NCBI RefSeq assembly: GCF_011386835.1 | Contig: NC_088800.1 | Span: 86,676,001 to 86,740,000, forward strand | DNA from: Chrysemys picta bellii | Taxonomy: Eukaryota | Length of the DNA stretch: 64,000 nt | Reading direction: 5' to 3' | Part shown: in pieces, positions 44,301 through 54,000 of the stretch | Position numbering within the stretch: position 1 is the stretch's first letter | How the letters are laid out: each line of letters opens with the position of its first letter | Translations under genes and position numbers: made by a program | The notes under the pieces: model-generated | What the model was told of the DNA's origin: nothing | The model's database searches: none | What the model saw: the letters and a program-made list of their open reading frames with translations, nothing else

Positions 44301-47300
44301 CTGGAGTTGGGGGGCAGGGCGGGGAGGGGAGCTTCTCCGTGGGTGCTTTAATTTGCCGCCCCTGCAAATTTGCCTCCCTAGGCCTAGGCGTTGTCGGCCT
44401 GTGTCCCACGCACCCAGCACTTCAGTCAGGCTCAGATCTAAGCAAACCAGATAGTAACAGAGAAAGGGGCAATTTAAGGGAACATGTCCCCTGTCGCCCA
44501 TTCCCAGTTTCTGGCATACAGAGGCCAGGGACACCATCCCTGCCCAGCCTGGCTAAAAGCCATTGATGGACCTATCCTCCATGAACTTAGCTAGTTCTTT
44601 TTTGAACCCTGTTAAGGTTTTGGCCTTCACAACATCCTCTGGCAAGGAGTTCCATAGGTTGACTGTGCGTTGTGTGAAAAAATACTTCCTTTTGTTTGTT
44701 TTAACCGGAGAATCCCAGCTCCAGGCTGCAGCCTCTAGGCAGGGCTCACAGGGCATGTGTGTGACATCACAGCATCTCAGCTAGATACACGTAGGTCAGT
44801 CTGAGAAAGAAGCTGGTATTAAATGGACCTATCCTCAACCCCTGCGACAAAAGCTGAGTGGCCCGCTGGGCTTTGCCCGGTGTATGGCAGGTTCCCAGAC
44901 ACAGACTCTGGCTCTGTCGTGACCAACGTGGAATGTGGCATTCCATTACCCTCCTGTTAGAGTATTCATAATTCGTTTCTCTTCCTCTTTCCACAGCGGA
45001 GATTCTCCAGGCCAACGACAAACTCACCCAGGCGCTCGGCTTGTACAGGCAGGTTGTAGTGGGCCATGACCAGGGCAGGAGGAGTTCGGTGACCAGTTCC
45101 ACTGATGCCTCAGGTAGAAAGGATCCCACAGGGTCCCCCACAGCTGCAAAGGAACCTGCTTCCTGGCTGGTTTACGGTGTCTGAATGTGGCTCGGCTGTT
45201 TTTAATTTATAAGGGCGGAATCACACTCAGAGGCTTGCTGTGTGAAAGGGGTCACTAAACCAAAAAGTTGGAACACCACTGAGCTGGTGCCTGGGTCAGA
45301 GTGGCCGGGGCGTAGTCCCAGAGATGGCAGCCCTTTAACGCTCTCTCTCACTCCCAAAGCACCTCAGTCCCCGCTGCGCGGTACGAAGAGCTACACACTG
45401 ATCGACTTCTCCGAGCTGGGTTCCATGCTCAAGTCTCTCCCGGAGCAGGGCGTGAACACGACAGCCGCGGCTCAGCACGGCAGCACCTCCGCCTGCCTGC
45501 TCGACGAGGAGCTAATGTCATTAGGTCCGTCCTCGGGGCACAGGGATGGGGTTGTCCTTGATCCTTAGGGAATATGGTGTATATTGCAGATTCGGTAGCT
45601 TTCTTTTTAATGTTTGTCACGACCCACCCAAAGCCCTCTGAGCCAGGGCAAATGCTGGGAGTTTTCAGAGAGTCCAAGCACAGTCCAGCTCTGCTATTAG
45701 ACCTCGTAGGTACTTGGCAAATGGGAATGCCCTACCTGCTCTGATTGGTCTGTGCTTTGGTTACCTACCGTAGGTCTCAATGATTCCCCTGTTGGACAGA
45801 GACCGTCACCTGATTTCAGCTCCGTACAGGTGAGTGGTCCCCTAGTAGCGTAGTCCTCCATGTACAATCGACAGTTTTCTGCTGACCTAGCCTGCCCCAA
45901 CATGCATTAGCTGCAGGTTCCATTTCTCCCCCACACATGCATTTTTTGGGGCATAGAATTACAAACAATAATGGCTGTCCCCCATTCCCCCAATGAGAGG
46001 TTGGCAATAATGTGCTGATCAATATTTGTGGAAGTCCAGCCACTGGGAGAGTTGATTTGGTAAGAGCACCACTGACCCCTACTGGACAGAATCAGATCTA
46101 CAAGTGCTCTGATCTTCCTGCGAGGGAGAGATTAGAAGATGCTCCGAGCCCCAATATTGTAGACAGCTAAGGGGAGATTCTCCTTCAGCTTAGGTATAAA
46201 GGCACAGCCTTCTGCTACAGAAACAGGGGCCATGTGCTCCCTGTGCCTTGTAACACAAGAGGTCAAGGGACACTCCGTGGGTTTGTAGGTGTCTGTGGAT
46301 GCAGAGCCACCAGGATGGCAGGCTGGGGAGGCATTTGTGTCCCAGCCCTAGTCTGAGAGTGGCAGTGTTGTGGGGTGGGACTTGCCACTACATTGCCTCT
46401 AATCGTCCCGCTTCAGCCTGTGTTTAAAAACAGGTTGTTTCAGCAGGACGTGTGTGGCTTCTGCTGGTGTTCTGTAGCTGCTCAGTAAATCAGGACCTCT
46501 TTATTTGGCAGAGTGCTGGGCACAATGGATATAATCAAACTGGAAATGCCGATACCCATCAAACCGTGGTGCTGGGGGACAGCTGGCAGGGCGGCTCGCC
46601 AGAGAGAAATGCGCTTCAGGATTTGGCAGGGCAGCTGTCTCCGCCTCCTGTGACCAGGCCATTTCCAACGTAAGCAGACTGTATAGCACTGGGTTGGAAA
46701 ATGGGAGTCCTCTGTTCTGGCATTGAAGTACGGGAAACCCCTCATCATCTGTTAAACTGCAACCTGCCAGTAGAGGGCAAGCTGCTTGGCGGCTCCCTGT
46801 AACTTCGTCTCGTTGGATACAACAGTCATTTCTAGCTTTGCTGACTGGCAAGCTCGGGTCTTTGGGTATAGCCAGCGCCACGTTTTCAAGGAGTTCTAAC
46901 TTGATGGACAATCCCAAGGGTTAGGAGCAAGCAATGAAAAAGACGGGGACTTTTCAGCTTGGAAAAGAGACGACTAAGGGGAGATATGATAGAGGTCTGT
47001 AAAATCATGATTGATGTGGAGAAAGTGAATAAGGAAGTCAAGTATCAGGGGGTAGCCGTGTTAGTCTGTATCTACAAAAACAACAGATATCTGTTAGTCT
47101 TTAAGGTGCCACCAGACTCCTTGTTGTTTTTGAATAAGGAAGTGTCATTTACCCCTTCATATAACACAAGAACCAGGGGTCAACAAATGAAATGAAATGG
47201 CATCAGGTTTAGAACAAACAAAAGAAATATTTCTTCACACAACGCACAGTCAATCTGTGGAACTCCTTGCCAGGGGATGTTGTGAAGGGCAAAAGTATAA

Positions 47301-50300
47301 CCGAGTTCAAAAAAGAACTAGATAAGTTCATAGAAGACAGGTCCCTCAATGGCAAGTAGCTAAGATGGTCAGGGATGGTCGGTTCATTTCCTTTGAAGCA
47401 TTGGGCACTGGCTGCTGTTGGAAGACAGGATACTGGGCTAGATGGACCAGTGGTCCGTCAGTCACACACACACGCGCGCACACACAATTTAAAATTGGGT
47501 CTTTTTCTAACACTGTAACTCAAATAACACTTGAAGCAGCGTTCTTCAAGTTTTGCCAACATGTTCTTCAAGGCCATTGGAGAAAATGTCACAATTGTCG
47601 GGCTAAATTAATCTTCCATCAATTTTAAGGCCCAAAAGGCCCATTGTAATGATCTAGCCTGACCGCTGGCCAGGGGATTTCACACAGTGATTCCTGCCTC
47701 AACGCCTTACTTTGTGGGGGAGCGGGAGCGTACTTTAATCTTGCTCCAGCATTACAGGGAGACTGAAAGCAGGGTTTGTAGTGGAGCCTGGCTGTGGTAG
47801 TCAGGGAGAGCCACTGGCAGCACCCTGTAACTAAATCTACTCCCTGCGACAGAGACAACAGTTCAGCCTAACGAACACTGAAGCAGCAGCATCTTCAGTG
47901 TAACATAGCGCTGCCTGCCTGCCTCCAAACTTGACAACAACTCCCGTAAGTCTTCGGACAGTAGGTTCTTTGGGGATGATTCTGAGGGCAGGGCAGATGC
48001 TGGAGAGGACAGGAGGAGATCCCGTACGTGATCTCGTCAGTTAATGTCAGTTATCTGAATGTTTTTCCTTCCAGGAACTTACCACCAGTGCAATTGTCCG
48101 CGGCAGGCCTTCCGAGCAGTTTAGCTGCAGACGCTTTGTTCTCTGACCCAGCCTATGAGCTGAAACCTGCTGCTCCTTCGCAGCCAGCCTCCAATGATGC
48201 TGCTTTGGCAAACCTTTTTGTCCCACTCATTTCAATTACACCGAGTAAGTGCACTGATCTCTGTGTCCCAGCTCTGCTCACCGCAGCGTCTTTATGGCAT
48301 TCAAGGCTTGGATTGCTCATGGGGTGGGGAAGGGCAGCTGGACAGATTTTAGGACGACTCTTCCTAGTACTTATCGTGTCTGAGCCCAGCCCTGGAGATG
48401 TACTTAGCCCTCCCTACCCATGGCCAGGTTGCCTCCTGTTCTCACGATACACATACGTGAACTGTACAGTGGGCCTTGAAACCTGCAGGTGGCATCATCC
48501 TCTGAGCAGCTCTCTGCCGGGCCTGGGCACCGGCTATGCCAGAGTTTGCCTTAACTGATGCATTGGCAGGTTCTCTCTTCCATAAGCAGAGCTCTGCTCT
48601 TTTCCCTGTGATACTGGGCCCAGCGAAGCAAGGTACGGCTGAAGCATGTCAATGTCATGTTAAAGGCCCAGCCTGTTACTGCCCCTTGAGCTCAAAGGCT
48701 TTGTTACCTCCTTGCCTGCCTTCCCTCTTTTACGTGAAGGACTTCAGCAGACTTTGGAGGGCCTGGACAGTGAAGTCCCAGCGGGATGGTAAAGTCGGAG
48801 CTGCTGCTCTCCCAGCCCTGACTTTAGGCAGGCTCGGGTTCCCTGCGCTCTGTCACAAAGGAGCAGCAGGACAGGTGCACACAGACACCTTTGGGCTTTG
48901 CACTGACCTGTGATGTTACTGAGGAAGATGACGGTTTGTGAGAACGTTTCCTTTTCTTTGTTCCTCATTCTGTCTCTCTCCTGTTCTCTCTCCGAAGGAA
49001 GGGGCGGTTCCCGCTCCCATCCTCTCCTGACTCTCTGTTTTGTCTTTGACAGGCAGTATCCCTCCAGTTACAGTGTATGATCAAGATGGTTTCAAGGTCA
49101 TGATCCATTTCTCCAGAGACCTAGCCCCCGGGCGACCAGATGTACTGGTGATGGTGCTCTCCATGCTCAGCACATCCACTCAGCCAATTAAGGACATTGT
49201 GTTCCAGGCCGCGGTCCCAAAGGTGAGAACGTGAGAGCGGGACCTGTGAAAATTATCCTGAATAAAAGCATTGTCGTTTCTTGCTTAGGGGTTTCCTCAA
49301 GCACTTGAAATAACGAAGTAACCAAGCTGCTAGTTTCTGGTAATGTATTCACTAGAGGCTTAATATGCATCTCTGCCCCCTGCTTTGCAGGAGACCTGGC
49401 CTGGGTGCATTACTTAGCATGAGGATAATAACCTCGTGAGGAAGCCCACATCCTGTCTTTGTACCTGTGCTCAATTAAAAGCCTTTAATTAAAATTCTAC
49501 TGAAGGGGCATGCATTGGCTTAGAGCCTCTGCATGCCCCCCTCGCTGTACTGGGCCTTGGGGAAAGCCTAGGTATGTTATACACCTGTGTGAACAGAGCC
49601 GTGTAACAGAGACTCCAGGGGTTTGACACACTGGGTCTGTGCTCAGTTTCACCAGGTTTATGCGTGTGCCAAACCCCTGGAGTCTCTACCTTTGTCCCCT
49701 GGCGCTCTCTGCATCGTACTGCCTCCCAGTGTCACTGGGATGTCCCAGCCCGTGGACTCCTGTAGCTTTTTGCTCCTTTTGTACAGCCAGCCCCTTGCAC
49801 TGACCACGCCCTCCAGAGACCACATGCAAGCCTCTGTCCTGAGCTTGCGGGCCAGTTTCAGGCACCCAGGCACAGAACCAGGACACCCCTGCCCCCTGGG
49901 TTTTAAGACGATAGTAGCAGCTTTCCTTCCTCTGGACACTGAGGGTGGTTTGCATTGTATGGATCCATTGCATGCTCCTCTCAGCACTCTTCGCTCATGG
50001 TGCACTGGTCATGTAGTGGATGACAAGACATGTGGCTGGCATACCCAGACTGGCTCTGAGTACTCCCAGCCCATCTCCAGTGGAGATTAGACTGTGTCTT
50101 GTGTTCTCTCTCTCCTGGCAGGTTATGAGAGTAAAGTTGCAGCCGGCGTCTGGTTCTGAGCTTCCTGCCTTCAGCCCTTTGCTCCCTCCAGCCGTGATAT
50201 CCCAGGTTCTGCTGCTCGCCAACCCACACAAAGTACGTGGCAGTGACTCTGCTAAGCGCTCACCTTGGACGTGTGTATGGGGAACTGATGCTAGGAGAGG

Positions 50301-51061
50301 CAGGGCCATCTGGGTTCTGCCAGCAAGGCAGCAGCATTGGGGAGCTCTCCTGGCAGCGCAGAGCGCTGAATCCTGTGAGAAATCGGTGATATCTGGAGCT
50401 TTTTGTAGGGCAGTGGGGGGGATGAGCCAGGTGAGAGAGGAGAGACTCCAGCTGATGGGCTTGGTGATCTCAAGGTGCGGGGGGGAGAAGCAGGCTGTTG
50501 CGGGCTGCAGCTTGAACCCCTTCACTGCCTTACCCCGGTGCAGCCTGTATGCAGTGGTGGCACCTGGTGGGATCCCTGGTGCTGACATGCCATGGGAACG
50601 CTGGTGGCTCTTCCTGCTGGAACATGAGGCAACCCTAGAGGAGTTCTTCATGCTGGCCAGGCCCTAGAGGGTGACTCTGCGGTTAATGATTATGGGGTAG
50701 ACCATGGGTTCCTCAGCCATCTCTGCAGCCAGAGAAGGAATGTGGCCAGGCGCAGCTGTCTGGGAACTCCCTTGGGTGGCCTGTGGGACAGCTCCCTCCC
50801 CCCCGTAGCATTACAACTGCTGTATCCCTTGCTTCAGCGTGTTGCCCTCCCCTTGCAGGACCCATCAGTCCCTTGGCATTAGCAGAGGTGGGGTGGAGGG
50901 GAGCAGACCACGTAATCTGCCCGTGTAACGTTCTTCTCTCCCCTGTCCAGGAGCCCATCCGACTGCGGTACAAGCTAATGTTCAGGCAGGGCGAGCGGCC
51001 CTTCAGCGAAGTGGGAGAGGTGACTGGCTTCCCGGAGGCCGAGCTGTGGCGCGGGAGCTGA
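29284..51061 (+). CDS. GGA2: ADP-ribosylation factor-binding protein GGA2 (VHS-GAT-hinge-GAE), complete; join(29284-29323,33281-33365,34341-34416,35261-35359,37504-37627,40389-40492,41092-41172,41761-41898,43350-43431,44997-45113,45360-45524,45774-45829,46512-46669,48075-48244,49053-49222,50122-50232,50951-51061) = 1887 nt, 628 aa
   Basis: VHS (KATDPS, LLAHKIQSPQE, EVAKFRFLNELIKVLSPK), GAT (LLKSNHPEDLQAANRLIK, CEKLRPLLFRLASET) and GAE (MRVKLQPASG, EPIRLRYKL...FSEVGEV) match recalled GGA2. Position between EARS2 and COG7 identifies the paralog. Confidence 0.94.
29355..30501. repeat. G-rich minisatellite, ~38-bp unit, ~30 copies (GGA2 intron 1)
   Basis: Consensus GGGGAGTGGG(T/C)GGGTCGGAC(T/A)GACGGACTGGGTGCC(CA/AC/CC); variant units visible. 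Confidence 0.95.
30848..31087. mobile_element. PIF/Harbinger-type MITE
   Basis: gcgcttgtctacatt ... agtgtagactagctc; 3-bp TSD TCA/TCA; interior is the reverse of 4710-5004. Confidence 0.75.
31971..32144 (-). mobile_element. Turtle tRNA-derived SINE with CR1-like tail, missing its first bases
   Basis: Minus strand TGGTTTGAGCATTGGCCTGCTAAACCCAGGGTTG...TTCAATCCTTGAGGGGGCCACTTAGGGATCTGGGGC...GGGTCCCTTCCAGTTCTAGG. Confidence 0.88.
33281..33365 (+). CDS. GGA2: GGA2 exon 2
   Basis: HKATDPSIPEENWECIQRFCDQVNADLEG. Confidence 0.95.
34341..34416 (+). CDS. GGA2: GGA2 exon 3
   Basis: PSIAPRLLAHKIQSPQEMEALHALT. Confidence 0.95.
35261..35359 (+). CDS. GGA2: GGA2 exon 4
   Basis: VLETCVNNCGERFHYEVAKFRFLNELIKVLSPK. 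Confidence 0.96.
36687..36836 (-). mobile_element. CR1 LINE 3' end
   Basis: tcatagaa repeats then tctcagggttggaagggacctcaggaggtcatctagtccaaccccctgctc. Confidence 0.9.
37504..37627 (+). CDS. GGA2: GGA2 exon 5
   Basis: YLGTWSTEKVKSRVIEIMFSWTVWFPQEVKIRDAYQMLKKQ. Confidence 0.96.
37883..38120 (-). mobile_element. CORE-SINE (MIR-like) with (TAA)n tail
   Basis: acagatgggaaactgaggcacagagcagctaaatgacttgcccaagggcacacagg. Confidence 0.8.
39091..39857 (+). mobile_element. Solo LTR (767 bp), GGA2 intron 5
   Basis: TG...CA ends; 5-bp TSD TCAGC (39086-39090 / 39858-39862); TATAAGA 39526-39532; AATAAA 39677-39682. Confidence 0.82.
40389..40492 (+). CDS. GGA2: GGA2 exon 6
   Basis: GVIKQDPKLLEDKILPPPSPRPKNSIFDVDEEKSK. 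Confidence 0.96.
40605..40780 (-). mobile_element. CORE-SINE (MIR-like) remnant
   Basis: tctgtttggagacggggaaacagaggcaccgaggattatgtaacttgccc; boundaries approximate. Confidence 0.65.
41092..41172 (+). CDS. GGA2: GGA2 exon 7
   Basis: LLARLLKSNHPEDLQAANRLIKSMIKE. Confidence 0.96.
41761..41898 (+). CDS. GGA2: GGA2 exon 8
   Basis: EQEKSAKVSKRLNAIDEVHSSVKLLGEML...EILQ. Confidence 0.95.
42744..43133. mobile_element. hAT MITE with subterminal palindrome
   Basis: aaaggct ... tagcctta; perfect 8-bp TSD CTTATTGC (42736-42743 / 43134-43141). Confidence 0.88.
43350..43431 (+). CDS. GGA2: GGA2 exon 9
   Basis: SLFERCEKLRPLLFRLASETTDDDEAL. Confidence 0.96.
43971..44397. mobile_element. hAT MITE, right TIR apparently deleted
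   Basis: Left cagtggcgga; CCTGTGTC at 43963-43970 and 44398-44405; no matching right TIR. Confidence 0.6.
44470..44703 (-). mobile_element. CR1 LINE fragment
   Basis: Minus strand reads [29 protein letters not shown] (CR1 ORF2 C-terminus). Confidence 0.88.
44997..45113 (+). CDS. GGA2: GGA2 exon 10
   Basis: AEILQANDKLTQALGLYRQVVVG...DAS. Confidence 0.93.
45360..45524 (+). CDS. GGA2: GGA2 exon 11 (hinge; LIDF and DEELM motifs)
   Basis: APQSPLRGTKSYTLIDFSELG...SACLLDEELMSL G|gtccgt; phase 1-1. Confidence 0.88.
45774..45829 (+). CDS. GGA2: GGA2 exon 12 (hinge)
   Basis: cgtag|GT CTC AAT GAT...GTA CAG|gtgagt; GLNDSPVGQRPSPDFSSVQ; needed to convert phase 1 to phase 0. Confidence 0.82.
46512..46669 (+). 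CDS. GGA2: GGA2 exon 13 (hinge; acceptor could alternatively be 46494)
   Basis: SAGHNGYNQ...SPERNALQDLAGQLSPPPVTRPFP T|gtaagc; ERNALQDL aligns with recalled human DRNLLDLL. Confidence 0.75.
46930..47455 (+). mobile_element. CR1 LINE fragment (ORF2 end plus 3' UTR) interrupted by a PLE fragment
   Basis: LEKRRLRGDMIEVCKIM; cacaacgcacagtcaatctgtggaactcc; boundaries approximate. Confidence 0.9.
47039..47130. mobile_element. Penelope-like fragment with internal inversion and 13-bp TSD
   Basis: gtagccgtgttagtctgtatc followed by inverted tgttagtctttaaggtgccacc; TGAATAAGGAAGT at 47026-47038 and 47131-47143. Confidence 0.88.
48075..48244 (+). CDS. GGA2: GGA2 exon 14
   Basis: NLPPVQ...NDAALANLFVPLISITP; resembles recalled LAQVFVPLESVKP. 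Confidence 0.9.
49053..49222 (+). CDS. GGA2: GGA2 exon 15
   Basis: SIPPVTVYDQDGFKVMIHFS...DIVFQAAVPK. Confidence 0.96.
50122..50232 (+). CDS. GGA2: GGA2 exon 16
   Basis: VMRVKLQPASGSELPAFSPLLPPAVISQVLLLANPHK. Confidence 0.96.
50951..51061 (+). CDS. GGA2: GGA2 exon 17 (stop TGA)
   Basis: EPIRLRYKLMFRQGERPFSEVGEVTGFPEAELWRGS*. Confidence 0.96.
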   Translation, partial: EPIRLRYKLMFRQGERPFSEVGEVTGFPEAELWRGS

Positions 51062-52200
51062 ACTGCTGCTTTGATGGAACGTGGACATTGCCGCATCGCC
51101 TTAGCGCAGCCCTGTGGGGAGCCACCTGGGGGGGCAGGGGGAGGCGCCCGGCACCCGGAAAGCCGGGGTGGGCTCCATGCTGGCTGCTCTCCCCGGGGCC
51201 CAGTCTCCCACTCCTGCTCCGGTTTTCCTTGCGGGTATCTGGTAGGAGGGAGTGCAAACCAGCTGCTCCTGCTCTTGGCCTTACTGCAGCATTCATCCCT
51301 CCAGTGGCTGGATGCTCCTTTTCTACCAGCATTTCTGCTTTCTTCTGCTTGTTGAGCCATTTCGCCCGCTGGCCTCTTCGAAAACAATTCTCCGATTCAG
51401 GCCCTGTTTGCTTCCAGGGCGGAGCAGCTCTTGATGCTGGTGTCCGCAGTGTCTGGGGATCGGTGCTCTGACCTCGCAGTGATGGGTGTGGTGTGAGCAC
51501 CTGGGAATAGAACGGAACGACTGTGGCTTGAAACAGGGCCGGATCCATAAGCCAAACCTTTTTGGGTATTGCCACAGCCTCAGCACCGCAAGGGCCTGGG
51601 TCCTCGCCCTTTCCCCTGGGATCCGCGGTGCCTTCTCAGCCTCACCGTGATTCCTGAGGCAGCCTCCACGCTGGGCAGCATCCCAGCAGGCAGGGCCCCC
51701 TGCAGCATGGGGGTTTGTGTCTATGCAAAGCTTAAGTTTCCTTTCTGGTCACTCAAAACTTAAGGGGAAAAATGTATAAAGAATTTCACTGCTGCACAAG
51801 TGGAAACATGGATCAAGTACTAAGGCATCTGAGCTGCTCCACGGGGAGAGCTTGTCTGGAGAAATCACTTTGTACATCCGTGTCTAGATAAACCTCTGCT
51901 TAGGCCAGCTCTCCCCTTGTCCTCTGTGCCGGGAAGCAGGGGAGAAAGGACCCCCTGTGCTGTTATTAGTGGAACGTGCCCAGCCAGCCAGTCCAGCGTC
52001 CTGTGCGTCAGGTTTTATAAGATGCTGAACTTGCACATTTTTTAATCCAAGTATTTTTGACTCCTGGTTGTCATTGTTGCTGCTGGTGACCGAAATGCCA
52101 TAGCGTTAGTTATCCCCAGCTCGGTGGAGTTTGGCCACACAGGGGCGCTGTTTGAGCTTTTTATTACTTTACAGAGCCCTGGATTCCCAGGTACAATCAT

Positions 52201-52206
52201 AATAAA
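52201..52206 (+). terminator. Candidate GGA2 polyA signal AATAAA
   Basis: First canonical hexamer I found after the stop (~1.15 kb); use inferred. Confidence 0.45.
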
Positions 52207-52984
52207 CAGCATTTGCTTTGACAGGTGCTGCTTGCTGGTGGTCCCTGAGTTTGCATGCAAGGTCTCTCTGCCGCTCAGGAGAGTGGCTGAGTGAGGGGGA
52301 CGAGGGGCACTTGGGCTTTAGCCTCCTCATTTTATTCAAACATGTTCAATGGCACTTCACAGCCAGAGCTGAAGACAAGGCTCCTGCTGCAGAGGTTATC
52401 TGCTGTAGCGAGGAACGGGCAGAGGAGAGAGAGCTGGAAGCAGACAGCAGATGTCTGGTTCACGACAGGAGCTGTGTCTGAGCAGTGGTTGTCAGGTACG
52501 GAGCTTGTTAAGCCATCCCCAGGGGCTGGAAGGGCCTACGGAGGAGAGGACATGCTCTCCCTGGCTCTGTGTAGCATATCCCTCCTGTCCTCTCTCTTGC
52601 CATCTCCCTCACGGCCCTGTGCCTCATCACACCCTGGCTCCTCCCCAAAGTAGCCTGGGGTCTGTCTCAGGTCTCACACCCAGTGCATCCCTGGGATATC
52701 CAAGCTCCTCCCTCTGTGCCACTCCCCCCCACCACCTTGCAAAGCCCTCCCTTTTTGGAGGTCAGTGTTAATATTGTCACTGAAGTGCCCATCAAATCCC
52801 TGTGAAAGGTGCGGTTGTCCCAGAGCACTGGGTCAGGCCCTGCCCAGCCAACTTCTGGCCTGGCCAACAGCTTCGGGCTTCAGCCGCCACCTGCCTGGGT
52901 CTAGAAGGGATTCCTCCCCCCATCTATTTTGGGTTGGTTGTGGGGTTTTGTCATCACCTTCCTCTGATGGCCACAGCTGGAGGG

Positions 52985-53370
52985 CTCTGAGCATGCTCGC
53001 TCTCAGGTGCTGGGCTGGCTGGTTCTTGCTCACATGCTCAGAGTCTAACTGATCACCACGTGCAGGGGTAGGAAGGAATTCTACCTCCACCCCTGGTGAG
53101 ATTGGCAGTGACCTTGGGGGGTTTCGCTTTCCTCTGCGACAGGGGTGTGTGCAATCACTTGCCATGATTATCTGGGTCTATCTCAATCACTTCCCTGCCA
53201 TTTGCAGGGACCTTGGGTCCAGGGGCCCCTCCTGCTCTCTGCCTGTGGCACATCATAGTCTCGTCCCTTGTGGGCTGTCATAGTTTGGTCTGACTTTGGT
53301 TGTTGGGTTGCGGGTGGTGGGCGCTGCTGGTAGCCTGGGCTATGCAAGAGGTCTGATGGGATGATCTGGC
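52985..53370 (+). mobile_element. Old CR1 3' UTR fragment
   Basis: ggttcttgctcacatgctcagagtctaactgatcacc...ggaaggaatt...gattggcagtgaccttggggg matches 13340-13450. Confidence 0.7.
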
Positions 53371-54000
53371 CTGAAGAGCTATGCTCCCCCAGCTTACTAG
53401 CATGTTTTTCCACCTGACTCTTCCTCTGTCCCCAAATTCTTTAAGGCACAAGCACTTCACAACTCAACCTCACCCCCATTAACCACCTTAGAGAGCAGCC
53501 GCCTAGTGCCTGTGACACTTTCCAATCATCTAGCTTAGCAAATACCCGGTCTGAACACCCCATCCCCACGGTAACTCCCCACCACCGGCCAAAGAACACG
53601 CTGTCAGCGGTTCCGATTTCCCCGAGTATGCATGGGGGTGAATCTCTCGCTGTTTGTGCCTCTCCCAGCCTCAGGATCCTTGCGGCTGCTCTTTGCCTTT
53701 CGTTTCCGGGCCATAGATGTTATTGCTCCTTACAGAGCAAATAACTCTGGGCAGGCGCCCAGCTAGGAGGAGAGGTCCCAGAACTTGGCACTTGGGCCAG
53801 TTACTGGGCATGGACTTGCAGTTGCAGTTTTTTTCTTTTGGTGCCATGAGGGTGGGGAGGGGAAGCTGAGCCACTGGAATTCAGAGTAGGACTCTGCCTC
53901 CTGTCTGTCTGTGTGGCTGGGCAGCCAGCGCTCAGCAATTGTTCTCCTTGTCGCTGTTGAGCAGTAACGGGCATAGAAGAAGCAGCCCAGTCTTGCAAAG

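Noticed and set aside
46959-47195. 78-aa ORF with LEKRRLRGD motif
   Set aside because: Truncated CR1 ORF2 C-terminus read through a PLE insertion; not a functional gene
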